A DNA stretch of 64,000 nucleotides from Candidatus Poribacteria bacterium (GTDB lineage: Bacteria > Poribacteria > WGA-4E > WGA-3G). The translations under genes were made by a program, and so were the position numbers. How positions within the stretch are numbered: position 1 is the first letter of the stretch; each line of letters opens with the position of its first letter. The stretch covers positions 1,888,001 through 1,952,000 of the forward strand of contig OZ244048.1 of the NCBI GenBank assembly GCA_965215265.1, in the 5' to 3' direction. This document shows positions 19,010 through 29,566 of this stretch, piece after piece. The notes under the pieces are model-generated. The model was not told the DNA's origin, ran no database searches, and saw nothing but the letters and a program-made list of their open reading frames with translations.

Positions 19010-19081
19010 TCCCAGTGGGTTGCGAGTAAAAGGTTAGCTTTTCTGTCCTTCAGGACAGAAAAAGAATACCTATCTCGCAAC
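19010..19081 (-). repeat. R1 hairpin element
   Basis: cccagtgg-gttgcgag-taaaaggt...ttctgtcc ttca ggacagaa...acctat-ctcgcaac. Confidence 0.85.
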
Positions 19082-19267
19082 TTTTGAAAAGTTAAGTCCT
19101 GATTCTATTACCGACGATATGGATGGCTACTCTATCTTCCCGAGCCACGAGCGGCGGAATGGGCAGAACAGTGAGTCTAAAAACTCTACGAGTCGCCCTA
19201 CCGGCATCGGATCTCATTGCAACATTACATAATAGTGTTTCCTGATTCGCAGGACACGTGACAACTG

Positions 19268-19408
19268 CCCAATGGGTGGCGAGTAAAAGGTTATCCCAAT
19301 GGGTGGCGAGTAAAAGGTAGCATAACGTGTCCTTCAGGACACGCGTAAACTACCTATCTCGCAACTTTTCTGTCCTTCAGGACAGAAAAAGAATACCTAT
19401 CTCGCAAC
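19268..19408 (-). repeat. R1 hairpin element cluster with duplicated left and right halves
   Basis: 27-bp tandem cccaatgggtggcgagtaaaaggt, a full hairpin, then a repeated right half identical to that of the 19010 copy. Confidence 0.85.
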
Positions 19409-19473
19409 TTTTTTGCCTTCATGTAAACCTGCATCTCGTTTTTTGCGTTAGATTTGTTTAGTTTAGGGCAAAA

Positions 19474-19502
19474 TTGACAAATCCATTTTGCCAATTTATA
19501 AA
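19474..19502 (+). promoter_or_regulatory. Sigma70-type promoter of the sprA-like gene
   Basis: TTGACA-17bp-TATAAA; implies a start at TTG 19524 (GGAG at 19512). Confidence 0.55.
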
Positions 19503-19523
19503 ATTAGAACCGGAGTATCATTC

Positions 19524-22500
19524 TTGCAGCCATACATAGTATCCCGTAAAAAGAGCGAGAGCCCCCAGCCGCTAGGGTCCCTTGTACTCGTTTACCTTGT
19601 TATCCTACTCTCTCTTATTTCCCTTCAAACTTATGCAAAAAATAAAGAAACGGTAGAAGAAGCAGGTAAACCGTCTCCTCCGTCGGAGAAGGTATCTGTC
19701 GAACAGCATAAGGTCAATGCTGCTCCGCCAACAGAACAAAACGGATACTCTCAAAATCCTTACTTCATCTGGCAAACCGATTTCAAGCATTTCCGTGACT
19801 GGCAGCCGGAAAGCGTTAAAGTGACGATACCTCCGCCCGAGCCAGAAAATCAGATAGAGGGTTACTTAGACAGTCTACGCCGATGGAACTACGCACCGAC
19901 GCTGATTGATACAGAAGAACTCTACGATTGGAAGCCGCGAACCAAACGCGATGAAAAAGGTATAGACCTGCCGATGGATTCTAACCTGCAAGTAACAGGC
20001 AACCTGTCCGTCACGGTAGAGGCGAACAAGACACACTACTTCGGTGATGGTGACCTAAATCGTTATGGCGGATATGCATACGGAGGCGGTTATGGTGGCT
20101 ACAGTTCCGGACTGGACTTAGGCTTAACCTCTTCCTACGGTTATGAGGATTTCGGTTACGGAAGTGGCTTCGGCGACAGTTACGGAAGTAGTTATAGCCG
20201 TTACGGAAGTAGTTCCGGCGGCTATAGTAGTTACGGTAGTGGCGGGGTCCCGCGTGCCTCAGGGATTAACATCCGGCAAACACAACAGATTGGATTGCAT
20301 GGACGCGTCGGCGAACGTACACACATCGCTGTCGATTACAGTGCGGGGACTCCTTTCGGAGGGTACGGAAGCAGCTACGGCGGTTACGGCGGCGGCTATG
20401 GCGGCGGCTATGGGCTCGGTGGTACTAAGGAACAGAAACTAAAAATCTGGTATGAAGGCAAACCGGACAGCATCATCAAAACTATCTCTTTCGGAGACAT
20501 CACGCTGACACTCCCGAATACCCGGTTCTTGAACATTAACCGAAACCTGTTTGGGCTTGAAGGCGTGTTTGAGTGGAAAAACACCCGTCTCACCGCCTTC
20601 GGTTCGCGCAGCCGCGGGATTAGAGAAGTCCGCACCTTTCGTGGGCAATCGAGGCGAGCCGGTGGCAGCTACGGCTACGGGACACCCGGCATCCAAATCG
20701 CCGACGCGAACTACGTCAAAAATAGATTCTATCTCATTTACAAAGCGGAAGACGGCTTGTTACACGAAGACTACCTCCCTATCAAAGCAGGAAGCGAGGA
20801 AATTTACATTGACGACGGTGTCTTCGGAAATAACCAAGGCGGAAAGCGCACAAGCAAAGGCTACTTCAATCCGCAATTTCCGGGGCAGGACTACAATATT
20901 GACTATGAAACCGGTGAGCTCGAATTCTTAACCCCGGTATCAGCGAACTACACAATAGTGGTCGCTTACGAATACCTCGGGGCAGGCGGTGGCACTGTAG
21001 GAATGCCAGGGAACGTTTTTCCAGAGGAAGAAAGATCCGCGACTGCGGAGACGACCTTACCCCCTCAAAGCGAGGAAGAGACAGACGTGAGTCAACCGCA
21101 GAACTACGTTGTTCTTAAAGAGAAAGGATTCCGCGGTACAGAGGCAAGCCATGTGTATCGGCTCGGTACAGGGAATATCAATCCACGCGACTTTCAACTG
21201 ACAATAGTCCGGCAAGGACAAAGCGCAACGTTTGGGACAGACAGCGGGAGCGTGCCATACATTGAAATCTTCGGATTGGACCAAAACAGGGACGGCAATA
21301 TAGACGCACAGTTTATTGATTACGACCGTGGACTCCTACGTTTCCCAACCTTTCGACCCTTTGAAATCAGCGATCCGGGACACCCGTATTACCAGTACCG
21401 GGAATCGCTCAACAACGCAGCTATCTATCAAGAGAGCCTCCGAACCACAGACCAGATTTATACAATAATTGCCGACTACTCTTATCAATCCGAAACTTAC
21501 AACGTCGGGTTATTCGTGATTCCCAACAGCGAAACGGTCCGATTGAACGGGCGGACGCTCACACGAGATGCGGACTACATGATGGTTTATGAAGTCGGCA
21601 GCATAAGGTTTTTCACAAAACTTGACGAATTTGACGAGATTGTTGTCGAATTTGAAAAAACCCCGTTCGGCGGTTCATCTCAACAAGCCGTTGCGGGTGT
21701 CTGGGTAGAATATAGCCATAAACCAAAATCCAAATCTGCAAGGGAACAAAACCTTGAAGATAGATTTAATCGACTCGGCGGCATGCAGTTTCCTACGCAA
21801 GATGGGACCACAGATGTAGAAATTGGGGGTAACGTGTTTTCAGGACGAGACACAGGCCGATTCGGCCGTTCTGGTTTTGGCAGCGGTGGATACAGCGGTT
21901 TTGGTGGTGGATATGGCATGAGTGGTTTCGGCAGCGGTGGATACAGCGGTTTTGGCGGACGTTCGAGAAGTTACATCGGCACGTATGGGGGCGGCATGAA
22001 CTATTTCAACCCGGTCTTCCAAAAAGGTTTTACGCTTTCAACAGGTTACATTCTCAATACGGGACAACAACCGGCAGAAATTCCAGATGTCAACAGCGTC
22101 CCGAATCGCTTACAAGCAGTCAATATCAATACCAATTTCGGACGCGCATTTAACATGGCCTGGTTGATAAACCCGTTGCCGTTTGTGAACGTACGGAATT
22201 TTCCGCTGTCAATTGACTTCAGCGGGGAGACAGCATACTCGCATAATAATCCAAATAGTGTCGGTCTTGCTATAATTGATAGTATGGAAGGCGCAAAGGA
22301 AACCACAACCGTGCCAACGCTTAAGTACAATTGGAAGCCGTGCAGTGTCCCCGTAGGCGTTGCACTTCTCCTTTCTGGACAGCAGGAACGGATTGTGCCG
22401 ACACACGAGAATCGGGTCCTCTTTAACGTCGTACGAAAAGATAAAGATGAATCGGAGGCAACAGGCAACTATATGCGCAACCGTGATGTACCCGCATCTT

Positions 22501-25500
22501 CCATTCAACCTCTCTCTCTCTCAACCGAAGAACGTCTCATCATGGAACTCGGATACGAGTTTACCGACTTGGTGCAGGAGTGGGGCGGTTTTTCAAACGG
22601 ACTCTCAAGTGCAGGTGCCGACTTTTCTGAACGCGGCTTTATGGAACTCTGGATGCGTGTCCAAGGAGACGACGCTGTAACTCTCTTCCTCGACCTCGGG
22701 GTTGTGAGCGAGGATGCCGACAAAGATGGACGACTCGACAGCGAAGACCTGCCGGAGAACTTAGTGGATACCAATGGAGACAACGTCGTTGACGCACTTG
22801 ACTTGGACTTGGAAAACATCTCTAACGAACAGCGATACCGCGGAAACGGAACACTAGATACAGGGGAAGACACCGGATGGACATACAACGGAACGTTTGA
22901 CACGACAAGCTTTGGCGAGAACAATCAGGCACTGGATACCGAAGACCTCAACGGAGACGGTGTACTTGATAATATTGATGCATACTTCCAACTCTCCGTT
23001 CCACTTAACGAAATTCCCAAGGAATGGATTAAAAGTAAAAGCAAAAATGGATGGACGTTCCTCAGCATTCCCCTCTCCAAATTTATGCCTCAAGGCACAC
23101 GTCTGCCGAGTTTAGTATTTGTGCAGCACTTCCGATTCTGGCTCATCAAGAACCGGCCGGGGACCATACAAGGGACCTTTCAATGGGCATCCATCGAAAT
23201 TGTTGGAAATAAATGGGAACAAGGAATTATCACTCGCTCGCAACTCGGCGGCATTCCCAGCACCGGCGAGTTAGATGCAGAAGACGCGCTCTCAGAGAGG
23301 ACAGTCGTTGAAGATACGCTCGAAAAATTTATCGTTGGTACAAAGGATAACTTCAGTTATGACAAATATCAGAGCGCGTATCTCGAAATTGAGGATAATG
23401 AACTCTTCAAAAAACTACACCCATTCACGGCAACATCGCTCGGTTTTCAAACTCAACAGCAACGAGAACAGACACTGAGCCTTGAATACTATCTCTTTCC
23501 TGGGTCATACGGCATCACCTCCAAACCCCTTAAAGGCTTAACACAAAGCGAGGGACAGGATTTTAGTAAACATGATACACTCCGGCTCTGGCTCTATGGA
23601 GATAAAAGCTACACCACATTCGTCTTACAACTCGCCCCAAGCGTCCGAACTGGATACCGAAGCACATTTTACAATACCGACCCGTTTCTTGATAGAACGC
23701 AGGAAGAGGAAGATGTCAATGTGTTTGAGAACCTCACAGACTATTATGAGTACACACTGCCGATTGACTTTGACGGGTGGAAACTGATTGAAATCGATCT
23801 ACGCGATGGGAAGAAAAACGCGGCCCCTGATGTCATAGAAAGTGCACAATCACAGAATATTGGCGGAGATGTCTCCACAACATTCACGCCGAACACAATA
23901 GTACCTGAACCTTTAGATGACAAACCCGACGGCCATCCAGACGGTTTCGTCATCCGGGGTAAAACGGCTACTCAACTCTCTATTAAAAACATTGGCGGCA
24001 TCCTGCTGGGTATCCGGAACGATACAGAACGCGAAATCAGCGGAGAAGTCTGGGTGAACGAAATCCATCTTGGGCATCCACTCATTCGTTCCGGATGGGC
24101 ACGTCGTGGGAATATGTCTGTTTCATTAGGAAACCTATTAAAAGTACGCGGGGGCTACGCCAGCCAAGACAAAGATTTTGAAAGTGGAGCAGGCGAAATC
24201 GGACGCCAACGTCTCTCCTCACGCGGGTATAGCACCACCAATAATGATTACAACATCAACGCAGATGTTACCCTTTTTCCATGGTTACCGATTCAATACT
24301 CCGTCCGACAGCAGGAATCCGAAACCGAAGCCCGACGCGGCAGTTACACCAGCTTCCAAAGCGGAAAAAGCGAGACGCGCAATAGAGATATCTCCATTCA
24401 ATTTAACCGCACTCCTTATCCCAACCTTGGCTTTGCCTATAACTATCAGGATTTTTGGAACGAGAGCCGAGGCACGCAGATTAGCCACCTCTACACCAGT
24501 ATTTTTAGATACAACCTTGGTAGGAAACTTGGAATGAACGTGCAATATCGCCATGAAGATGTTATCGCGAAACCTGAAACCGCAACAGGCACTTCTACAA
24601 CAACTACATCTTACTATAGCTACGGCTATGGTAGAAATAGAGATGAAAAGACAGATAGTGGTTCAATAACATTTGATATTAGCCCGACAGACCTCTTTAG
24701 CCTTAATCCGAGCTACGATGTACGCCGGACACTTGAGAGACGTGAGCCGAGACAGACTACCACGGGCAACACGCCTCTACCGTTAGATGGAACTACTCAC
24801 CCTGACACGCCGGAGGCCGCTACGCCTATAGATTTTTCAATTGCTGAACGGGAACATAGACTTTCACTCACACCGCGCCTGAATCGTGACCTTTTGGGGA
24901 TACGCCCTACCGTGACAAGCCGATTGAATTTTAGAGAAAACTGGTTCAGTGAACAGAAAAGTGCCTCCCTGAACGGGAACGTCAGCATAGGTCTAAATCT
25001 GCGTATCCAAAAGTGGTTCGGGTGGCTTCTTCCGTCCGAAGCGGAAGCAGACAGACAGACAGGTAGCATTGGAAACGGTTTTCCTAACCGAATTGAGGAG
25101 ACTGCGAAACCTAATAGTCAAGCGAAAACCGCTACTCAGCAGGAAGGAACAATTGACTCCTTACGCGAACAAGGGATTGACGAAACTCAAATCCAAGAAT
25201 TAGAAGAGGAGCGCGGAGATTGGATTGAACGGGATAAAAAGGAAATTCAGAACACAAGCAGTGCGAATATAAAGACAGAGAGGATCTTTCATCGCCTCCT
25301 TAAAACCTTTACCGTCACTACCAATGCTAACTTCAATGCCACCGAATCTTATCGGCAGCTTGCCTCCGGGCTCTCCGCTTTAGAAATCTGGCAGCTTGAT
25401 GAGGATGCGCAGGAACGAACACACTCACGGCGCAGTCATCGCTACACCGTCCGGACCTCCATGCATCCGTGGACATGGGCATCCTTCGGCACGAACGTGA

Positions 25501-26111
25501 GTACTACCGGCAGCTTTCGGAAAAGCGCCGGCAGTACCTACCTCACGGCCGCGGATACCTACGAGGCAGACATTAAAATCACGGCACAAGAAGGTACCAA
25601 TTTTCAACTCCGCTATAGTTATACGACGCGCAACACTGCAAATTTAGAAACCGTGCTGAATGAGAGTGAAGCCCATACCCCTTCCCTGAGCTGGATACAC
25701 AAATGGGGGCAAGAGACTCGCACATCGTTAGGTATCCGAACGACACTCCGTGAGCAACAGCGAAGCAGCATTGAAAGCAACGCATTAATCGTGACACCTA
25801 ATTTTAGTATCGACTACCGGTATCGGACTGAAAACGGCCTCCGGGTTCCGTTTTTCGGAAGCATCCCGCTGAAGCACGATATTGAGCTCACTAACACGCT
25901 CTCCTGGGCAATCCGCAGAGAAGAATTTGGCACGAACCGCGAGGAACGGTCTGAACGTTATGAAACCACTTTACGGATGGGATATAAACTGAGCACGCAT
26001 ATCACCGCGAATCTTCACCTCGGCCTGAGTTACAACAACGATCGGGTTGAAGAAGGGAGAGATTTTTTCTCTATTGCCAGTGCCCTCACTGTGACTGGGC
26101 AACTGCAGTAG
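19524..26111 (+). CDS. SprA/Sov-like giant outer-membrane beta-barrel (T9SS translocon homolog) with YG/FG-rich inserts
   Basis: ~2200 aa; SprA-type motifs recognised from memory (GQDYNIDYETGEL, SETVRLNGRTLTRDADY..YEVG, IDSMEG, DTEDLNGDGVLD, GEVWVNEI); amphipathic beta-strands at the C-terminus. Confidence 0.75.
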   Translation: MQPYIVSRKKSESPQPLGSLVLVYLVILLSLISLQTYAKNKETVEEAGKPSPPSEKVSVEQHKVNAAPPTEQNGYSQNPYFIWQTDFKHFRDWQPESVKVTIPPPEPENQIEGYLDSLRRWNYAPTLIDTEELYDWKPRTKRDEKGIDLPMDSNLQVTGNLSVTVEANKTHYFGDGDLNRYGGYAYGGGYGGYSSGLDLGLTSSYGYEDFGYGSGFGDSYGSSYSRYGSSSGGYSSYGSGGVPRASGINIRQTQQIGLHGRVGERTHIAVDYSAGTPFGGYGSSYGGYGGGYGGGYGLGGTKEQKLKIWYEGKPDSIIKTISFGDITLTLPNTRFLNINRNLFGLEGVFEWKNTRLTAFGSRSRGIREVRTFRGQSRRAGGSYGYGTPGIQIADANYVKNRFYLIYKAEDGLLHEDYLPIKAGSEEIYIDDGVFGNNQGGKRTSKGYFNPQFPGQDYNIDYETGELEFLTPVSANYTIVVAYEYLGAGGGTVGMPGNVFPEEERSATAETTLPPQSEEETDVSQPQNYVVLKEKGFRGTEASHVYRLGTGNINPRDFQLTIVRQGQSATFGTDSGSVPYIEIFGLDQNRDGNIDAQFIDYDRGLLRFPTFRPFEISDPGHPYYQYRESLNNAAIYQESLRTTDQIYTIIADYSYQSETYNVGLFVIPNSETVRLNGRTLTRDADYMMVYEVGSIRFFTKLDEFDEIVVEFEKTPFGGSSQQAVAGVWVEYSHKPKSKSAREQNLEDRFNRLGGMQFPTQDGTTDVEIGGNVFSGRDTGRFGRSGFGSGGYSGFGGGYGMSGFGSGGYSGFGGRSRSYIGTYGGGMNYFNPVFQKGFTLSTGYILNTGQQPAEIPDVNSVPNRLQAVNINTNFGRAFNMAWLINPLPFVNVRNFPLSIDFSGETAYSHNNPNSVGLAIIDSMEGAKETTTVPTLKYNWKPCSVPVGVALLLSGQQERIVPTHENRVLFNVVRKDKDESEATGNYMRNRDVPASSIQPLSLSTEERLIMELGYEFTDLVQEWGGFSNGLSSAGADFSERGFMELWMRVQGDDAVTLFLDLGVVSEDADKDGRLDSEDLPENLVDTNGDNVVDALDLDLENISNEQRYRGNGTLDTGEDTGWTYNGTFDTTSFGENNQALDTEDLNGDGVLDNIDAYFQLSVPLNEIPKEWIKSKSKNGWTFLSIPLSKFMPQGTRLPSLVFVQHFRFWLIKNRPGTIQGTFQWASIEIVGNKWEQGIITRSQLGGIPSTGELDAEDALSERTVVEDTLEKFIVGTKDNFSYDKYQSAYLEIEDNELFKKLHPFTATSLGFQTQQQREQTLSLEYYLFPGSYGITSKPLKGLTQSEGQDFSKHDTLRLWLYGDKSYTTFVLQLAPSVRTGYRSTFYNTDPFLDRTQEEEDVNVFENLTDYYEYTLPIDFDGWKLIEIDLRDGKKNAAPDVIESAQSQNIGGDVSTTFTPNTIVPEPLDDKPDGHPDGFVIRGKTATQLSIKNIGGILLGIRNDTEREISGEVWVNEIHLGHPLIRSGWARRGNMSVSLGNLLKVRGGYASQDKDFESGAGEIGRQRLSSRGYSTTNNDYNINADVTLFPWLPIQYSVRQQESETEARRGSYTSFQSGKSETRNRDISIQFNRTPYPNLGFAYNYQDFWNESRGTQISHLYTSIFRYNLGRKLGMNVQYRHEDVIAKPETATGTSTTTTSYYSYGYGRNRDEKTDSGSITFDISPTDLFSLNPSYDVRRTLERREPRQTTTGNTPLPLDGTTHPDTPEAATPIDFSIAEREHRLSLTPRLNRDLLGIRPTVTSRLNFRENWFSEQKSASLNGNVSIGLNLRIQKWFGWLLPSEAEADRQTGSIGNGFPNRIEETAKPNSQAKTATQQEGTIDSLREQGIDETQIQELEEERGDWIERDKKEIQNTSSANIKTERIFHRLLKTFTVTTNANFNATESYRQLASGLSALEIWQLDEDAQERTHSRRSHRYTVRTSMHPWTWASFGTNVSTTGSFRKSAGSTYLTAADTYEADIKITAQEGTNFQLRYSYTTRNTANLETVLNESEAHTPSLSWIHKWGQETRTSLGIRTTLREQQRSSIESNALIVTPNFSIDYRYRTENGLRVPFFGSIPLKHDIELTNTLSWAIRREEFGTNREERSERYETTLRMGYKLSTHITANLHLGLSYNNDRVEEGRDFFSIASALTVTGQLQ

Positions 26112-26119
26112 GTTTCCTG

Positions 26120-26188
26120 TGGTGGCGCCCACCCGCCCAACTCCTCTCTCCTTTCAGGAGAGACTGGAAAAGGGTGGGTGGGCACCAT
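26120..26188. terminator. GC-rich hairpin right after the sprA-like stop (R1-related core)
   Basis: tggtggcgcccacccgccc...tctctcc tttc aggagaga...gggtgggtgggcacca. Confidence 0.5.
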
Positions 26189-26226
26189 TTGTATATTTAA
26201 GCACATCACCTTTTTTTCTATACAAG

Positions 26227-26477
26227 AGCCCAATAAAGGCTGCTATGTTAAATCCTGTACAAATCTCGCTAGTGGCAGGATAGGTATCTTTCTCTGTCCT
26301 CGAGGAGAGATAAGATAACCTTTTACTCGCCACCCATTGGGAATACCGAACTTGCCAACCCACTGGGAGGGTTCTGATGTTTAGATTTTTAAAGACATAA
26401 CCTAAGTCATCTCCGACGAGATTTACACACGAGCCGTCAAAATCATAAGCGTTGACAGTACCAAGATATACAAAAAA
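26227..26477 (+). repeat. Composite repeat (leader + R1 hairpin + R2), copy A
   Basis: agcccaataaaggctgc...gtggcaggataggt...accttttactcgccaccca...cctaag...ctccgacgagatttacac...gatatacaaaaaag. Confidence 0.8.
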
Positions 26478-26531
26478 GTGATTTTGAAAGACGAGGTTAA
26501 ATGAAGATAAAAAAGGAAAAAGGGACTGCTT

Positions 26532-27767
26532 TTATACATACGGTGCAAGTGCTGTCTTAACGGAACACGCATTCGGAAACCATCCAACAATCTTCTGTAG
26601 CACTTCATCAAGCAGAACGTCCGGACACGACGCACCTGCAGTCAAAACAATGTCAATTGGTGTGCCATCATCATGTCGAGTGGGTAGCCATCCTTCTGTC
26701 ACTTGAACCTGTTTTGTCTTAAGTGCAAGATGCCGGATACGTTCGGGGCTCAGCAACTCATCAGCATCTCGAATAAAATAGGTAGGCAGCTGTCCTTCAC
26801 AGAGTTCTACCAGATGACTCGTGTTAGACGAGTTGTACCCCCCGACAACAACGGCGATATCGCCGCCCTCTGTAATGAGTGCCAACGTTGCATCCTGATT
26901 TTCCTTGGTGGCGTAGCAGAGGGTATCTTTGGTATCCGCAAAGTGTTCGGAGAGGTTCCCTTTCCCGTACCGTTCAATGATGGAGTTGCGGAGTAAATCG
27001 GCAATAGCTTGTGTTTCCGTAGCGAGCATCGTTGTCTGGTTGACAACGCCAATCCGTTTCAGATGAACAGCCGGATCGAAGCCAGCGGAGTACCGGTCTG
27101 CGAAGTTTTGAAAGAAAAAGTGACTATCGGCTTCCGCGCGGATGACCTTTGCCAATTTTTTCGCCTCTTCCATATCGCGAACAACGACAACATGCGCCTC
27201 TGCTTGCGCGTGCGAAAACGTCGCCCGTGTCTCCTCATGATACCTTTTTCCGTGGACAATCACGGTATAGTCTAGTCGCCCAATCTCTTGGCTCCGCTTC
27301 CAAACCTTCTCAACAAACGGACAGGTGGTATTGTAGGCTGAAAGTTTGACTCCGCGTTCATGGAGTGCGGTTTCGATCTCTAACGTTGTACCGAATGCCG
27401 GTACGATAACAACATCTTCTGGTGTCAAGAGATCGAAGGGGAGAAGCGAATTGCCAGCCGTATCGGATAGGAATTGTACGCCGTGGGAGCGCAAATTCTC
27501 GTTAACACGTGGGTTATGAATGATTTCAGAGAGCAAGAAAATCCGTTTGCCGGGATTCTCTTCCAGGGCCTGATACGCTATCTCCACTGCATTCTCAACC
27601 CCGTAACAAAATCCGAAATGGCGTGCAATTTTAAACCGGACGGGTCCGAAATCCAACAAAGATGGGGACAGGTCACGTTTGCGCGCATCGCTGCTTCGGC
27701 GCGTCTGTTTGACAACCGAAATGATAGGGCTCTGATAAAAGTGTGGAAGATTAAAAGTTCTGGGCAT
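26532..27767 (-). CDS. ispH: 4-hydroxy-3-methylbut-2-enyl diphosphate reductase
   Basis: FGFCYGV, IIHNP, TTCPFV, HEET, NQTT, TLCYAT, GGYNSSNT and TAGASCP motifs. Confidence 0.95.
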   Translation of the reverse strand: MPRTFNLPHFYQSPIISVVKQTRRSSDARKRDLSPSLLDFGPVRFKIARHFGFCYGVENAVEIAYQALEENPGKRIFLLSEIIHNPRVNENLRSHGVQFLSDTAGNSLLPFDLLTPEDVVIVPAFGTTLEIETALHERGVKLSAYNTTCPFVEKVWKRSQEIGRLDYTVIVHGKRYHEETRATFSHAQAEAHVVVVRDMEEAKKLAKVIRAEADSHFFFQNFADRYSAGFDPAVHLKRIGVVNQTTMLATETQAIADLLRNSIIERYGKGNLSEHFADTKDTLCYATKENQDATLALITEGGDIAVVVGGYNSSNTSHLVELCEGQLPTYFIRDADELLSPERIRHLALKTKQVQVTEGWLPTRHDDGTPIDIVLTAGASCPDVLLDEVLQKIVGWFPNACSVKTALAPYV

Positions 27768-27792
27768 TTTCTAAAAATTTTTCGTCCAGTTC

Positions 27793-28009
27793 AGCCCAAT
27801 AAAGGCTGCCGCTATTTACAAACCTTTACAAAACTCGCCAGTGGCAGGATAGGTTTTCTTGTCTCTCCTGCAAGGAGAGACAAGAAAACCTTTTACCTGC
27901 CACCCACTGGGAGCCGCTTTATGCTATGCCTAAGGAATCTCCGACGAGATTTACACAAGAGCAGCGTTGTAAAATCATAACCTTTGATGGTACGGAGATA
28001 TACAAAAAA
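27793..28009 (+). repeat. Composite repeat (leader + R1 hairpin + R2), copy B
   Basis: Same order of blocks as 26227-26477; the R1 stem differs in sequence but stays paired. Confidence 0.8.
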
Positions 28010-28171
28010 GCGATTTCATCCGTCTCAAAAATTGGGAGCGGGTGAAGAATTCACCCTGCAAAGCAGGGAGAACTTCAAATCCGGCTACCATCGGCACTTT
28101 CCAGCGATATACCATGCGCTGGCGGGAAAAACTCACCGATGCCTGCTGCGTGGATGCACTCTGCCCTTCGG

Positions 28172-28234
28172 GTGGCAGGCAAAAGGTAGCAATCGCGTGT
28201 CCTCGAGGACACGCGATACTACCTATCCTGCCAC
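28172..28234 (-). mobile_element. R1 hairpin element inside the AIR-synthase pseudogene
   Basis: gtggcagg-caaaaggtag...cgcgtgtcc tcga ggacacgcg...ctacctat-cctgccac. Confidence 0.7.
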
Positions 28235-28526
28235 TGCAAGTGCATCGCAAATTTCTTCGCGTTTTGTTGATTCACATGCTATTAATAGTGCTCCGGAGCC
28301 GATGATTCCGAGGGCGTTGAGCCCAAAAAATTCACAGAGTGTAGCGGTTACTGATGAACAGATTCCTGTTTTCCGAATAGACAACAACGCCTAGCCCAGC
28401 TGCCATTGCCAATTCATGAACGGCGATTGCGACACCGCCTTCTGTTACATCGTGCATCGCATGCACGCCGCCGGTTACAACCGCAATTTGTGCATCCTTT
28501 AGCACGGAGATTCCGGGTTGTGTGAG

Positions 28527-28651
28527 GTTGAGAGATAGGTAGTTCATGAAACCTTCAAGGGAAGGGAAGGATGGGAATTCATCCGCTTTGGGGATTCCTC
28601 CCTGCGAGCAGGGAGGAATCCCCTCTCGTAAACTTACCTTTTACTCTCAAC
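28527..28651 (+). mobile_element. 125-bp R1-ended MITE-like insertion
   Basis: Ends gttgagag-ataggt / accttttactctcaac; excision restores the reading frame ARDYELTQPGISV. Confidence 0.75.
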
Positions 28652-29431
28652 TTCGTAATCTCGCGCCTGCGCCAATAAGACATCATCAAACTTGCCGTGT
28701 AATCGGGTTGCTCCTTCGCGTGCCATAATAGCAGTCGCTTCGAGCCCGAGCCCCTTCGTCAGGATTAATGCATCGCCGGCACATGCACCTGCCGATGTGA
28801 CAACAGCCTCTTTTTTTACGACACCGAGCATAGTTCCTACCACAACCGGCTGTGTGCCAGCCGCCGTAACTTCGGTATGTCCTCCACAGAGAACGATGTC
28901 GAATGCTTCACATGCTTCTTGCAATTGCATCATAATCTTGCACACCAACCCTTCTGTTGTCACGCTCTCAGGAAGGAGGAGCGTAACAAGCATCCACTTA
29001 GGTGTAGCTCCCATTGCGGCGACATCGTTGCTATTGACGCAGACAGCGTACCATCCGGGTCCGAGGAGGAAAAAGTCATCGCATCGCTGGTTGAAACAAG
29101 ACAGTTATCATCAAACGCCAATATAGCCGCGTCTTCGCCTAATTGTGGGCCGACAATGATGCCGGACTTGCATTTATTTGGCGGTAAAAGTTGTTTTAGA
29201 AAATCGGGGTTCAACTTTCCAACAGGCAGCATCATGATTTATGTAACGAATGAGGGTGCACTCACTTTCAGCACTGGTCGATTTAGTTCTAATTTATGAA
29301 CGTGTGCTAAATATCGAGCCGGTCCGGATTACGGCACCTGTGGCAGATCCACGAAAATGTCGAAAACTAAATGGCATTAAAGGTGACAACGCAAATCCCA
29401 AAAAACTGCGCGAATAGTGCGTGGGGCGGTT

Positions 29432-29566
29432 TTATGCACTAATCACTTTACGTCCCTTTGCACGTCGACGGGCAATCATTCGCCTACCATGCCGCGTAGA
29501 CATCCGCTTGCGGAACCCCATTTTGTTTTTCCGTTTCCGCCGATGCGGTTGATAAGTTCGTTTCAT
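29432..29566 (-). CDS. rpmH: 50S ribosomal protein L34
   Basis: [44 protein letters not shown]; divergent from dnaA; absent from the ORF track. Confidence 0.95.
   Translation of the reverse strand: MKRTYQPHRRKRKNKMGFRKRMSTRHGRRMIARRRAKGRKVISA

Larger units (their letters stand above)
28010..29235 (-). pseudogene. AIR synthase family (HypE/ThiL-like) protein, with frameshifts and hairpin insertions
   Basis: Fragments LPVGKL...GEDAA, GWYAVCVNSNDVAAMGA, GGHTEVT, AMHDVTEGG, LGIIGSGALL and PIFETDEIA lie in different frames. Confidence 0.85.

Noticed and set aside
19010-19408. CRISPR array
   Set aside because: The repeats are irregular partial duplications of the R1 hairpin with no unique constant-length spacers, and no cas genes are present.
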